Both the position numbers and the translations under genes were made by a program. Of a stretch of 64,000 nucleotides of DNA, positions 29,250 through 46,746 are shown piece by piece. The notes under the pieces are model-generated. The model did not search any database and was not told the DNA's origin. It was given only the letters and a program-made list of their open reading frames with translations. Position 1 is the first letter of the stretch; each line of letters begins with the position of its first letter. The stretch is from Chrysomallon squamiferum. Taxonomy: Eukaryota; Animalia; Mollusca. Location: assembly GCA_012295275.1 (NCBI GenBank), contig CM022667.1, positions 7,564,001-7,628,000 on the forward strand, read 5' to 3'.

Positions 29250-29629
29250 GAATCACACATTCGCAACCCACCCTCACGTTAAACATTATCCGCCCCTCTT
29301 CTATATCTCTCGGCATTTAATTTTGAACTTTTATTAATGTCTTTATTGCAAACGATTGTATTATGCATAATTAATTCACGTACGCTACATTCTGTTCACG
29401 CAGAAAGGTAATATGACCAACATATCGCTAACATTATTGGATTACATAGACTATTTTATTATGCAGCTTATAACCTATTTATGCTTGGTTCCAAATATAG
29501 TGTTGGCACGCTAGAGAGGATTATTTCCCTTGAATAATCTTTGCTGGCGAAAAATCAAATTGGGACGACTGTGCGCGAATTCTAGTTATTTTCTTTCTTT
29601 TTACGTTTCTTTTCACTTCAACAGTTAAA
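28873..29629. promoter_or_regulatory. Divergent RECQL4/GMPR promoter region, including the probable non-coding first exon of RECQL4
   Basis: Locally CpG-retaining island between two head-to-head genes; canonical E2F site TTTCCCGC at 28933-28940; CCAAT at 28956-28960; minus-strand donor G|GTATGA at ~28872. Confidence 0.65.
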
Positions 29630-33015
<3,386 letters not shown>

Positions 33016-35346
33016 AACCGGCTGATTTATTAATAAACAGCTTTATCTAGAGTCCTCTTAATCAGGCTACCCTCGAAATTTTGTAAATCAGAAAAATCAT
33101 TTAAAAAATCAAACCTGTAATAACAAGTGATACATTAAGACCTGTTTTAACAGGTCACATTGTTTTGCTCTTTGCAAAGCCATTATAATGGCATTTTTGG
33201 GGGCATTCCATGGATACATTTTCTAGTCAGTATTTTTGTCAAATGGTTTGTATCAGTTCTGAAGTGATTTTTAATTTTTTATAATTATTATTTACATTTA
33301 ATAAGACAGCATTTTTAGTCCTCAGTAAATTGACTGAATTATGTAAGGCAGACAGATGAGAAATAATAATCTGTCACAGAGGAATCATTTTCCTCCTGAT
33401 GACATCTCAATATCAGCACATATGTATCAAGTAAAATACATTTCTTCTTGGTCAAAGTCACTGGCAGAAAGGCAAGTACAAATTTAAAGCTGCCAAAAAT
33501 GTATTTTTTATATCTGCACATAAAAGGAAGAAAGAGAACATTATGTTAATGGTGTACATAAAGTGGAATGATAATTTTTATGATGGTGTATATTGTTACT
33601 GTATAAAATGAAAGATTTGTGTAAAACAAGACTTCAGAGCTGTTTGATTTTTTATCAGATTTTACAATCTCTGCTGGTTAGTTGTTTTCTAATGTCTGTC
33701 TTGCGATGTTACATGGCTCAGTGTTACAGGTGCACTTCAAAAAGGGTGGTAACTGCTACAAACAAGGGAGATAATCGGCAACCATTTAAATGTTTCAACC
33801 TTAATTTCTTCAGATTCCTTGTTTTAAAAAAAAAAAAATGAATTAATTTGTTTTATTTAGTATTATTATTCAGATTTCTTTTTATCGTTTTCTTTTTTGG
33901 TTGTTGTTTTTGGCTGTCTGAAATTACATTAAAACTCTTATGATCAAAAAAAAATTCACTTCTGATATTTACATCTGATTTAGTGAATTATGAAATAATT
34001 TCTTGAGTAGCCCAGTTGAGTGTTGATACTATTGTGTTTGTTTGTTTTGTTTTTGTTTTTTTGGATACCTGGTGCACTTTCAGGAATAACAAATTTTTAT
34101 TTATCTTTTGTTTAAATTTTTATCTTTTTTTCTGCCTTAGATATTTTGCAGACATCTATTTCTTATGAGTTGTTCTTTTGATTTGATTTTATAGTGTTTT
34201 TTCCATTGTTTTGGGGTTCTGTATAAAAACTGTATTTTTTTATTTTTACCTGTCAATGCTGTGTCATATGTTTATTTTAATTATTATACAAAGATATTTG
34301 TATCATAATTAATGTATCAGTGTGAGCTAATTCAACATACATTTACACTTCCATGTTACAAGTTTTGATATGATTTGAGAATGTTCAGCATGCTTACCCT
34401 GAATAACTTCACTACACTGAAGTTGAATTAGAACTGAGGAAACCTCTGAAGTTTATCTTCTGCAGTTCACTACAAATTGCAGACATTTTTTTTTGGGGGG
34501 GAGGGGGGCATTGAGTTCATTTTTCTTATTACCACCCAAAGATGTAAATAGTGATATTAAAAATGACAACACATTTTTTTAATGATGATTTAGGTTTTTA
34601 CTTGTATTATGATTGTTATTTATGCTGATTATTGTTATTTATTTTAGTATTTCTAACACTTGTATGATTCACCAAATTAAGAAATAAAACCAGGTAATTT
34701 AAACTAGGCTAGTCTTCAAATGAAATGTCATGATTCATAATTTATATATTTTTAAATATTACACAGAGCTTTAAACATTTTTTAAACAGGAATTAATTAG
34801 TTTTGATCTATGAGTATGTAAGTTAAAAATTATTATATTTTTATTAATAAATATTTATAGAAGTAAATTTAATTAAAAAAATGTCTACACACCAAAATCT
34901 GTAATTTTTAAAATCATCTTTTTATATAAGTGTTTAATAAATCTGAGTACATGAACTAGTGAACATGTAAATACATTTATATCTGACTGAAGTGAAGCAC
35001 AAATATTTTCTGAAACGTTTTATTTGTTTCTATGAGTTTTCACTGATGAGTGTGATATTTCTGACCTGAATGGTTTATAATATATCTTGCTGCTTTTTTG
35101 ATGTGTTTACTTGTTTTTATATTTTGTGTTTTGTGCTGACTTTAGTTGCTTTCTTCATTTTTTTTTTTTTTTTTTTTTTTTAGAATTAGACTAATTTGTG
35201 TTCAGTTCTTGTCTAGTTTTAAAAATATTTTGATTTAAGTGTGTGTTTTTGAAAAATTTTGTTTGAATAAGTACACATACCTGATTTATATAAATATATT
35301 TTTAACAGAAAACATTGTTTTTACTCTTTTTATTTTACTAATAATG

Positions 35347-35387
<41 letters not shown>

Positions 35388-36217
35388 AAACAATTGTGTT
35401 AATTTTTAATTACAATAAATAAGTCATGTTAAGTCTTCCTTTCTGCATTAAGAGAAAAGTTTATGTAACATTTTTAAAACATTTAAATGTATTTGGAAAT
35501 TAGTGGTTTACTGAAAATGTAACAAGTAACTTGTTATAACTTTTTTCTACAGAGAATTAAACATTTATTACACAAATATTGAATGAAATTTATACCAAGA
35601 TGTAAATACTTTTTCCTTTTTTTTTTTTTTTTTTTTTTGTTTGTTTCTGCAAAACAAAAATAAATAGTAAAATAATGATATGAAATGAAAAAAAAAAAAA
35701 AAACTAATGAAAAGTTATAATTTTTATTGCAATAAAAATTTGATCTGTCTCAGTGCTTTTTTTTTTTTTTTTTTTAAACTTGTTGCCATAGAGATTGTTA
35801 CATTTAAAATTTTAATGGAATGAACATAAAAATATGATTTAACTTTCTTTCTTTCTTTCTCTTTGCTTTTGAACAATAATATCTTCAAAACAAAATAGTT
35901 TAAAAGTACTTTGACATTGAAAATCAAAGATAAATTAATTTTATTTGGTATTGTTTAAAACATCTGTTTAAAACAACACACTGAGATGAAGATAAATTGA
36001 GAACAAAAGCCACGAGGAGGTAGATGAAGATAAGAATTCAAGGTCAGGATGCTGAGTTCACTGATAAACTCTGACATTCACATCCCACACGTTGGGGAAG
36101 ATCAACAGTTGTTTGTGTCTCTGTGGGATGGAGCTTAAACAAATTCCTAACTGCAAAGTCTAATAGATTAATAAATAAAAAACTAAAAACTAAATCAAAG
36201 CATTGATCCATAAACGT

Positions 36218-36260
<43 letters not shown>

Positions 36261-36655
36261 TTTTTTTTTTTTTTTTTCAGTTAGTAAAATATAAATCTAT
36301 TAATGTTATTTTTATTTTTTTTATTTAATTAAATTTATAATGGAAGAAATGATGGTGTCCCCCCCCCCCTTCCCGTGTTCCTGGATCCGCTCTGAGAGAA
36401 TCGATTAAAACGAGTTGGAACAAATCTCCTCTGATGTTCACAGCAGACGACAAATTTAATTTTGAAACTGCTGACCAAATTTTCTTTATCTTCCTTATTT
36501 ATTGTCAAGGTCGTTTTAATTACTGATAAAAAGAAATAAAATTGGTTGGTTACATCTGTTACTTAAAGTGTTAAACAAAAACAAGCAACTTCAGTGAAGT
36601 TTTATCTAAAACAAATTTAACTGAAAAAAACAAGGTAGAAGAAGAAGATAAAAAA

Positions 36656-37050
36656 ATGGTAAGGAACTTATTTTTATCAAACAATACAAAGCTGAAAATA
36701 ATATTATAAATAAAATAAAAATAAAATAAAACATTAAATTAAAATAACACAAAAGCTATAATGAATGAATTAAATGTTAGTGTCGATTCACGCACACTCT
36801 AACGTATTAACGCACAGTTTAACTCCTACATTTTATAATTTATTTGTTATTGTATTTATTTTGCAGAAGTTATCTTTCCTTGTTTGTCTGATGTTCGTCT
36901 CTGGCTCTGCAGCCATGTCCATGTAAGTAAAATTTTTTTTCTTTCATTTTTCATTTAATTTAATTTAATTAATTAATTAATTTTTTTATTTGTATGTGGG
37001 GGAATTGTGCGTTATTATTATTATTGTTGTTATTGTTGTTGTCGCTGTTA

Positions 37051-37121
<71 letters not shown>

Positions 37122-37903
37122 TTATAGCACTGTGATAAATAATTATTTATTATATTTATAGGAGCACCGAATCAACGTTATCCAGATTTTTCGACCGAAA
37201 GACAGTAAGAAATTTGGCACTGTCGGAGGAAAAGCCCATTAAAGGTCAAAATCTCTCGAAAATCAAATTACTTCAGTCTACGTGTGAGCCGTGCCCGTAC
37301 TACGAACAGAACGTGGCTAGTTTTTGTAAAGGTTCCTGCTTTGTGATTGGTCCAGGGAAGTGGAGAATTCGAACAGTGACTTGCGCGTTAGTAACGTTTA
37401 AATCATCTTTCTTTTTGATTTAGGAGTGCGTGTATATTTAAGTGTGTAAGATGGGCAGCAGATACATGTTCTTTGGTACCCGTACATAACCAAAGACTCG
37501 TACAGAAAATACAATTACATACACACATGCGCACACATACTCTATCATTAATATCACTAATTATGGGGTTACTTCCGCTGCCTAGAATGATATTTTTCAT
37601 TTATCAGTTTAACTTCAGCGAAATGAAACATATTTCTTAACGGAACTAAATAAATTGTATTTGCTGTGTTTAAATAATTTATCTGTTAAATGATGTTTAC
37701 CTTTTGATTTTTCTTAAATATACAAATGTAGTAATTGTGGTAATGGTAGTACTAGTAGTAATGCTAGTAGTGTTGGTAGTTGCAGTAGTAATACTAAAGT
37801 AGTGGCACAATCAACAGTAGTGGTAGTAGTAGTAGTACTAAGAGCAGAAGCAGTAATCATAGTAACAGTAGTAACACACTGAGCATTATTATTATTATTA
37901 TTA

Positions 37904-37952
<49 letters not shown>

Positions 37953-38009
37953 GCCATCTCAGTATACTTCAACTTTGAAAAAAGAAAAAGAAATAAAATA
38001 AAATAATAA

Positions 38010-38044
<35 letters not shown>

Positions 38045-38321
38045 AACGCCACAAAATCCAAATTCGGAGATAATGCCGGTCCGAAGATACACTCACTGAA
38101 CAGTAACAGAAGTGAAACACGTTTAATTTTAAAATTACAGCTACAAGTCTTGTTCTCAGTTCTGTCCCTGTGGAAACAGCTGGTGTCAGGCTGCTGGCTT
38201 GGCGAGGTTTTGGTTTTATGCTTACTGTAAAACACCTTGTGGACACTGGCCCGCTGGCTTCAGCTTCAACTACTACGACTTCCCTCAAGACTGTAAATGT
38301 CGTCAGTCTAAATCCATTTAA
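36656..38321 (+). CDS. Secreted 13-Cys cystine-knot-like precursor, copy A (154 aa)
   Basis: Exons 36656-36658 (ATG|gtaag), 36867-36922, 37162-37386, 38141-38321, all GT-AG and in frame: MKLSFLVCLMFVSGSAAMSMSTESTLSRFFDRKTVRNLALSEEKPIKGQNLSKIKLLQSTCEPCPYYEQNVASFCKGSCFVIGPGKWRIRTVTCAYKSCSQFCPCGNSWCQAAGLARFWFYAYCKTPCGHWPAGFSFNYYDFPQDCKCRQSKSI. AATAAA at 38353. Same exon phases as copies B and C. Confidence 0.88.
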
Positions 38322-38415
38322 AAATTCTGTTTTAACAAACATATTACGAAGAAATAAAGCTCAAGTAATACTAATGTCAGAGTTTTGTTTTCACTGCTTT
38401 AACATTGAATTAACA

Positions 38416-38490
38416 AGGTCAGTGGTTAGAGTGGTGTGATAAACACAACGGTTTCAGGTTCAGTTCTCTTCCGTGCAGCCATTTAAATAA
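38416..38490 (+). mobile_element. Possible degenerate tRNA-derived SINE head
   Basis: A-box-like AGTGGTTAGAG and B-box-like GGTTCAGTTC at tRNA-like spacing; no convincing cloverleaf. Confidence 0.3.
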
Positions 38491-39544
38491 AGCCTGTTCT
38501 AACCATTGCTCCGTGACTACATTTTTTTCTGTAAACCAGAAATTGTGAAGAGAAAAAGAAATCACCAGAAAATCAGTCCCGTCTCCTCCTTCCTCCACGT
38601 TATAAACATTTATTTATTTTGTTTTTTTTTTCTTTCTTTATTTTTTGAGGTTTACTTTCAGCAACTGTTACTGCAAATTTTTCGCTAACACAACTTGAAT
38701 TCCAAACGGTAACAACAATAATTTAAATTAATCTGCCACGGTTTGTTGTACTTTGTTTTATTTGTGAAAATATTGAAAAAAAAAAGCGGGTAAAAAGATC
38801 AAAATCACATTTAGAAATAAATTACAAAATAAAATAAACGACTGAACAACATAATGTCATAATAACTGTGCGTGCGTGCGTGCGTGAGTAAACTTTGCAT
38901 TTCTGACAGGGAAATTACGTAGTTTACACAGTAATGATTTCAAGGCGGTGATTTCGTCTCAAAAACGTTTGAAAATGAAATAAAAGATTGACTTTATTAT
39001 AACCAAAGACTGACTTCACAATACAGGTAAATTAAGCTTATTTAAAATAATTAAAACTATTAACACAACAAAACAACATAAAAGGCGAATTAAATTGAAG
39101 ATTTCTGAGATCGTGTTTGTAAAATTCAGGAGTCTGACATTAATATTAGATATGTGAAATGTCTGTAAGTAATTTAAAACATGGATTTGTAGTCCGGCAG
39201 ATCAGTTCCTTTTTAGTTATATCATTTCCCCCCCAAAGCCAAGTCCTCCTTCTCTTTATTATTGTTATTATTCTCTCTGTATAAACTTATTCTACCAGAC
39301 AATATATTATCTATCTCACTTTAACATACGTTCTTCACCTGTTTAAAACTAAGTTAATTAAAAGCTGTTTTATTATGACAAGTCCGCCATATTTCACAAA
39401 ATAATCAGAACCGATATTTTCACTGATCTCAAATTCTTTTACTCCTTGTTTTTATCATATATTATTCTTATTCTTATTCTTATTATTATTGCTATTGTTG
39501 TTGTTGCTGTTATAATTACTATTAATAACTTTTTTTTATTATTA

Positions 39545-39577
<33 letters not shown>

Positions 39578-39756
39578 TTTTAAGTTGTGTTTAATATCAC
39601 ACTGACACAATCTGTGTTGTTAATCAGCGAAGCGTATCAACATTTTTATGTGTCTTGTTTACAGAACTGTCAGACTAGGATCAAAACAGGTTTTAAAATT
39701 AGATTTATCAAAAATAAAAACATTAAACATTAATTAAGAGGAAAAAAATGTTTTTG

Positions 39757-40200
39757 TTGACACATTAGGATGTCAACATGTCCTTCATTTCGCTAGTCGT
39801 ATTTGATGTTTATTTCTAATAAAAATATAATACTGTTAACTCATAGCACAAAAATAAAATGTAAAATGAACAACGTCTGCAAGAACAACGTCACACTTAA
39901 AACCACAAACAATAACTAGCGAAGTTATTGAGATTTTTTTGTTTTGTCTGACATTCATAAAATACGTTAAAAAATTCCAAACATATTCCTCAGACTGTAA
40001 TATAACAACATCTAAAACTTTCATTTTCATTATGTTCACTTAGTGTCTTACTGTCAGCATATTCAAATTTAATGTAACCATATTAAACATGGGTTGTTTT
40101 TAACAAAACGTGATATTTCCTCCATAGAGACACTCAATAAAACTTAACATGAACGTGTTTTAGTAATAATGTCGCTGTTGTTGTTGTATACACCGCGTTT
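39757..40200 (-). repeat. Dispersed repeat X, inverted relative to copies at ~46985-47246 and ~59570-60063
   Basis: TGTTGACACATTAGGATGTC...TCCTTCATTTCGCTAGTCGTATTTGATGTTTATTTCTAA is the reverse complement of sequence 3' of genes B and C. Confidence 0.85.
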
Positions 40201-40530
40201 CTCAAGTTTTATTTTATCTGTGATTTGAAATTACTTGAAATTCGTCATCATAGTTGAAACACTGAAGTTGAATGAGTGTGAATACATGCATACATATACA
40301 CGTTCAAACATTCACACATATACATACATACGCATTCACACACAGATTCACAGGTTTACCAGTACAAACACGAACACACATTCACACACCTACATAGCCA
40401 TTCACAAACAAAGACACTCACATAGAAATGCATTCACTCACAAAAACAAACATATTCACATATTCACCTACAAACGCATTCACAGATATTCACAGACACC
40501 TACATATGCATTCACACACACCTATTCAGG

Positions 40531-40566
<36 letters not shown>

Positions 40567-40915
40567 TTCAGGCACGCACACACACATACAAATACTCGTG
40601 CGTTCCACGAGAACAGACACACACATACACACACGTTCATACAAACACGTACATACACACACGTTCATACAAACACGTACATACACACACGTTCATACAA
40701 ACACGTACATACACACACGTTCATACAAACACTCGCATCATGCACTAAGACACAAATTCACACACACAAACACGAACAAACGTCATTTTATGGTATTTTA
40801 TTTTTACAACGTATTCTGTCATTATTTAAATTAATCATTCTGTTTATTGTTTTACAGAGATTTTTATAACATCAATTATTTCTTTCGAGTAACAATTGTT
40901 TTATAGGAATTATTC

Positions 40916-41250
40916 TCTAATAACTGATACAAAGAGATAATATTAAAAGATAGTAACTAATACAAAGTGATAATATTAAGATATAGTAACTGATACAAAG
41001 TGATAATATTAAGATATAGTAACTGATAAAAAGTGATGATATTAAGATGTAGTATCTGATATAAAGTGTTATATTAATATATAGTAACTGATACAAAATG
41101 ATGACATTAAGAGATTTTATAAGAGCAAATTCAGTTACAAGCTCGGCCATGGAACGAATTAAACTTGTAAGTCAAGGTACCACTGCATATAAAATTATAT
41201 TATTATCTGTTATAAAGTGATGACATTAAGATTTAGGAACTGATACAAAG
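40916..41250. repeat. Decayed 33-bp minisatellite remnant with an 85-bp insert
   Basis: Degenerate AGTAACTGATACAAAGTGATGATATTAAGATAT units; a similar remnant lies at ~52460-52640. Confidence 0.85.
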
Positions 41251-41278
41251 TAATAATATTATATATTGAAACTGCTAT

Positions 41279-41750
41279 ATTAAACTGTTTTTTCTAATAT
41301 TCACTTATAACGGATCAGCTGTTTTTTTCGCTGCTGTGTATACCAGTCCCTGCACGTGCACCTTAACATAGTCAAGAGTTTTTTGTGTTTGTGAGTCATT
41401 TTAACGTTCTATGTCCACACAAATATCAGAAAAATGTATGCGTAATGAAGAACAATAATAGTTTATTGAAGAGTAATAATAGTTTAATTTCCTTCGTTTT
41501 ATGTCTCTTTTCTTTTCTTTTAATGACAACTACCGGTGAAAATGTGTTTTGACGATATAAAAAATATATTTTTTTGTATTAATTTTAATAAATTTAAATA
41601 ATGAATTAAAATCAGTCGAAGTATTTTAATTTGTTTTCGCCTGTTGTTAAATCATCTGCTGGGAAAAATCCATTAAATAATATTAAATATGTCACAACTC
41701 CACACGTCTCCAAATATTTCACAAACAACACTCAAAATATCTTGTCAAGC
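41279..41750 (+). repeat. Dispersed repeat Y, upstream of gene B
   Basis: Core TTAAAATCAGTCGAAGTATTTTAATTTGTTTTCGCCTGTTGTTAAATCATCTGCTGGGAAAAATCC; direct copy at ~52690-53120, inverted copies at ~47980-48359 and ~62095-62498. Confidence 0.88.
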
Positions 41751-42672
41751 GATCACCCGAATATATATATTTATTATTTTTAAATATAACAACAAATACA
41801 AATTGTTAGTCAACATGTAAGTTAAAACAGAAGTTAAGGAAGTCACTTTGGTACTGTAGCATGAGGCAAGATGGTTTCTCCGATCTACCCTCTTTGGCGA
41901 ACAAACAGGATTTGTTTGTGCCAGGAGTTTAAACAATAACACAAATATCATGGTATTTACTTTCTGTTTTACTGAGTAATTTCATTAATAATAATAATAA
42001 TAATAATAATGACAACAGGCAATTCGAAGAAGCAAAGAAAATAGAAGTTTGGCTGAGCGATGAACTCAACAAAGAAGCATACTCAGTCTTTATAAACATT
42101 TCGCATGTGTGACAGGGAAGTTACCTAGTTTACACCGTACTGATTGAAAGTCGTTGTTTTCATCTTTCTCTAAAATTTTAGAAGATGAAATAAAACCTTG
42201 TCTTTGTTATCGACAAAGATTGACTTCACAATACTGGTAAATTAGGCTTAGTTAAAACTATTAACAAAGCAAAGTTAATAAATAAACCACTAGGGATCTT
42301 AATTTTAAACCAGCTTTAATTTCAAGCATGTAATTAGAAACAGTGAATTTAATTAATTATAAAATCCATTTTTAAAAAAACAAACAGATTTATGTTGTGT
42401 AGGTATTCAAATATTCAAATTTCATTACTGAATGACAATCAGTTGTACTGGTTTAAAGTTAGCACATAACCTCTGGGTTGGCAGTTGGTGTTCACTATTT
42501 TATTACAACATGGACACAATAGTGGACAGTCCTTATATCTGAAAATAATTTTCAGTATACATATTCATTAGTTTTATGTATATCGATACAAGGATTACTC
42601 TCAAAATAGATAATGAAACAAGAAAACAAATACATGGATGTTTTATAAATGAATCTTTGACTTTGCCTGGAA

Positions 42673-42774
<102 letters not shown>

Positions 42775-42809
42775 TAACAATCAGGTCTGCTTGTCTAAAA
42801 TAATCTTTC

Positions 42810-43150
42810 TTAATATATATTCTTACATATAAATAACTGGTTAATAAATATTCTTACATATAAATAACTGGTTAATATATATTCTTACATATAAATAACT
42901 GATTAATAAATATTCTTACATATAAATAACTGGTTAATAAATATTCTTACATATAAATAACTGGTTAATAAATATTCTTAGATATAAATAACTGATTAAT
43001 AATTATTTTCACATGTAAATAACTGATCAATAAATATTCTCACATTTAAATAAGTGATTAATAAATATTCTCACATATTAATAACTGGTTAATAAATATT
43101 CTTGTATATAAATAATTGCTTAATAAAATTCTTACATATAAATAGCTGAT
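42810..43150. repeat. 31-bp AT-rich minisatellite, ~11 copies
   Basis: Unit TTAATAAATATTCTTACATATAAATAACTGG, decaying toward the right. Confidence 0.88.
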
Positions 43151-43496
43151 TATTTATTGTCTTATGATATCAGTTTTATCCTGCGAAGATTAGGATTCAG
43201 ATTTGAGCAGTTATTAATTTCATCTTGCCGTTCTAAATATTACAAAAAGTAAATGAAATTAACTGTTTTAACGCTATATATATATATATAAATAAACAAA
43301 TAGTTCTTAAATAACAACAAAATGAAAATCGTTTTCAAAAAGTTATTTTAAGATCAAACTGAGCAATTAATAAATGCTAAAGAAATAACTAGTAATTTTT
43401 TAAAGCAAATAATAGTAGTTCAGTTCCAGAAAGCAAAAATATAGACATTGATCTAGTTTTATCATATTTTGCCATAACGTAAACTCTGAAGGTTAA

Positions 43497-43612
<116 letters not shown>

Positions 43613-44025
43613 ATGTATATATATTTTCTTAATTGACAGTCTGTATACAGACACACAGACACACGGACACACATTTTTTTGTTGCCATTTTCCCCAGCAA
43701 ATTTTTACACTCTAATTTGAAAACAGTTGTCAAATATTTCTTCCCCAAACTTGAAAAATGCTTCTCCTATTTTCAGCAAACACTAAAAGCTGAGGTATTG
43801 AGAAGTGTTATTATAGCTGATGTTTTTTTGTTTGTCTGTTTCAGTTTAATCTTTTTATTTAAATGTTTGCTTCTGACATTAAGTTTACACATTTGATCAC
43901 GTGACATATTTCAAGAGGATGTCTATGAAGAAATGAGTCACAACATTTACATATATTTACCTGTTCACATTTGCTCAATTTTCTTTTCCTGTTTTTTAAA
44001 AAAGAAATTTTGTTTTCCAGTGTGT

Positions 44026-44125
44026 CTGATTGGTCGACGCTAACCGGATACAGTTTGAAATTGTCATTGGACAAGAGGGCGCTGAGACTGCTATAAAAAT
44101 ACAAGATGCTGGTACGAGTAGTCAA
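44026..44125 (+). promoter_or_regulatory. Core promoter of gene B (two reverse CCAAT boxes plus TATA box)
   Basis: ATTGG at 44029 and 44066, TATAAAA at 44092-44098, ~90 nt before the ATG; conserved upstream of gene C. Confidence 0.7.
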
Positions 44126-44185
44126 TACACCGCACACCCCGTTCAAGATTTTCCAGGTATTCGCTTGTTCTGTGTATCTGCGACA

Positions 44186-44466
44186 ATGGTAAGAAATATT
44201 TTAATATTTTATAACGTGTAAGTGTAAGTGTTCTTATCTTGGTGTAATTAATTTAGTTTTTGAATCTTTATTAAGTTGTGAATAAGTTTAATCTTAGAAT
44301 AACAAGAAATAATATTGCTGATATATAGTTATGATAATTGGTTTTTAATTCATAATAGATAGCTAGGTAGCAAGATAGACAGGCTGATGAATAGACAGAT
44401 AGATAGGTGAATAGATAAATATATAGATAGACGTGTTTTGTGATATATTGTTATTATTATTATTAC

Positions 44467-44516
<50 letters not shown>

Positions 44517-44610
44517 TTTCAGAAACTGTCAATTTTTCTTTGTTTCTTTCTCCTGGCTGCCTGCAGCGCTCTCAGCAAGTAAGTAAAAATTTACAATTTA
44601 GTTTAATTAA

Positions 44611-44641
<31 letters not shown>

Positions 44642-46746
44642 CTGTCAGTCTGTATGTGTGTATGTATGTCTGTTACTGTGTATTTGTATTTATGTAACTG
44701 TGTACATTATTGTTTCTTTGAATGTTGGTATATGTATAATGATGGATGGTGATGATGATGTTGATGATGATAATGATAAAAATAATAATAATAATAAGGA
44801 TGATGAAGATGTTGATGATGATGATGATAATAATTATGATGATGAAGATGTTGATGATGATGATTATGATGATGATGGTGATGATAAAAATGTATTTCAG
44901 GGAATCATTGAATGCTATGCTGAAATTCTTCACTCCTGAAACTGTAGAAAAGTTGAAGATGTCGACAGACAAAATGAGCGACACGTGGTTCTCGCCGTTC
45001 TACAGGCCACAGCAGACGACGTGTGAGCCGTGTCCGTACAGCGTCAGTAACTTCCCGACGTTTTGCAACAACAACTGTCGCGTCATCATACCCAGCGTCC
45101 GATCTGTGACTTGTCTGTGAGTAGTATCTTTGTTATATAAATAACATTTTATAACACACAGTATCATGTAAATAACATTTTATAACACATAGTATCATGC
45201 AAATGATATATAACACAGTATGACATAACTAATATTTTATAACACATAATGTTATTTGCATGTATGTATGTATGTATATATGATCATATATAAAACAAAG
45301 CCGGATAAATGTTCTTGTATAAACAATTAGGTAATTATTAATAATTGTTTTATGCAAACAAAAATTAAATATAAAACATTAAAGAGGTTGATTTGTATTT
45401 AAAAATGTGGCTGACAACAGAGCATGCTAATTCAGATACCAGTGATTTTATTCTGTTGCAGTAACTGATACATAGTGATGATATTAAGATATAGTAACTG
45501 ATACATAGTGATGATATTAAGATATAGTAACTGATACATAGTGATGATATTAAGATATAGTAACTGATACATAGTGATGATATTAAGATATAGTAACTGA
45601 TACATAGTGATGATATTAAGATATAGTAACTGATACATAGTGATGATATTAAGATATAGTAACTGATACATAGTGATGATATTAAGATATAGTAACTGAT
45701 ACATAGTGATGATATTAAGATATAGTAACTGATACATAGTGATGATATTAAGATATAGTAACTGATACATAGTGATGATATTAAGATATAGTAACTGATA
45801 CATAGTGATGATATTAAGATATAGTAACTGATACATAGTGATGATATTAAGATATAGTAACTGATACATAGTGATGATATTAAGATATAGTAACTGATAC
45901 ATAGTGATGATATTAAGATATACTAACTGATACATAGTGATGATATTAAGATATAGTAACTGATACATAGTGATGATATTAAGATATACTAACTGATACA
46001 TAGTGATGATATTAAGATATAGTAACTGATACATAGTGATGATATTAAGATATAGTAACTGATACATAGTGATGATATTAAGATATAGTAACTGATACAT
46101 AGTGATGATATTAAGATATAGTAACTGATACATAGTGATGATATTAAGATATAGTAACTGATACATAGTGATGATATTAAGATATAGTAACTGATACATA
46201 GTGATGATATTAAGATATAGTAACTGATACATAGTGATGATATTAAGATATAGTAACTGATACATAGTGATGATATTAAGATATAGTAACTGATACATAG
46301 TGATGATATTAAGATATAGTAACTGATACATAGTGATGATATTGAGATATAGTAACTGATACAAAGTGATGATATTAAGATATAGTAACTGATACATAGT
46401 GATGATATTGAGAGATAGTAACTGATACAAAGTGATGATATTAAGATATAGTAACTGATACAAAGTGATGATATTAAGATATAGTAACTGATACATAGTG
46501 ATGACATTAAGAGATAATAACTTGTACAGTGATGATTTTAAGATGTAGTAACTGGTATCATTTTAAATTTACAGATACAAGAGCTGTTATCAGTTCTGTC
46601 CCTGTAAACACTCAAATCCTACCTGCCATCCTGCTGGTTACGCAACATTCTGGGTTGTTGCTAAGTGCTCACAGCCCTGTGGACGTTGGCCTGCAGGTTG
46701 GAGTTACAACTACCAACGCTTCCCACAGGATTGCAAGTGTTACTAA
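44186..46746 (+). CDS. Secreted 13-Cys cystine-knot-like precursor, copy B (148 aa)
   Basis: Exons 44186-44188 (ATG|gtaag), 44523-44578, 44901-45116, 46575-46746: MKLSIFLCFFLLAACSALSKESLNAMLKFFTPETVEKLKMSTDKMSDTWFSPFYRPQQTTCEPCPYSVSNFPTFCNNNCRVIIPSVRSVTCLYKSCYQFCPCKHSNPTCHPAGYATFWVVAKCSQPCGRWPAGWSYNYQRFPQDCKCY. AATAAA at 46804. Confidence 0.9.
45460..46560. repeat. 33-bp minisatellite, ~33 copies, in intron 3 of gene B
   Basis: Unit AGTAACTGATACATAGTGATGATATTAAGATAT, highly homogeneous, ending ~15 nt before the exon 4 acceptor. Confidence 0.97.

Noticed and set aside
38416-38490. Functional tRNA gene
   Set aside because: A- and B-box-like motifs only; stems do not pair into a cloverleaf.
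40235-40834. His/Thr-rich ORFs (also 51770-52309, 30895-31166)
   Set aside because: Translations of decayed (CA)n/(TACA)n microsatellites.
44030-44221. Duplicated 63-aa ORF MVDANRIQFEIV (also 56540-56731)
   Set aside because: Non-ATG start; overlaps the CCAAT/TATA promoter and 5'UTR; conservation is explained by the recent duplication.
44622-44939. Asp-rich ORF suggestive of an acidic biomineral protein (also 57172-57414)
   Set aside because: A (GAT)n/(AAT)n tract inside intron 2 of genes B and C, preceded by (GT)n, with no signal peptide or credible splice path.
45432-46507. Long minus-strand ORFs of repeated MYQLLYLNIIT / ISSLCISYYIL (also 58038-59182, 40917-41150)
   Set aside because: They result from a 33-bp (3n) intronic minisatellite lacking stops on one strand; they lie antisense inside intron 3 or in satellite remnants.
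45460-46560. CRISPR-like appearance of the 33-bp and 65-bp arrays
   Set aside because: Head-to-tail repeats with no unique spacers, no cas genes, and a eukaryotic context.
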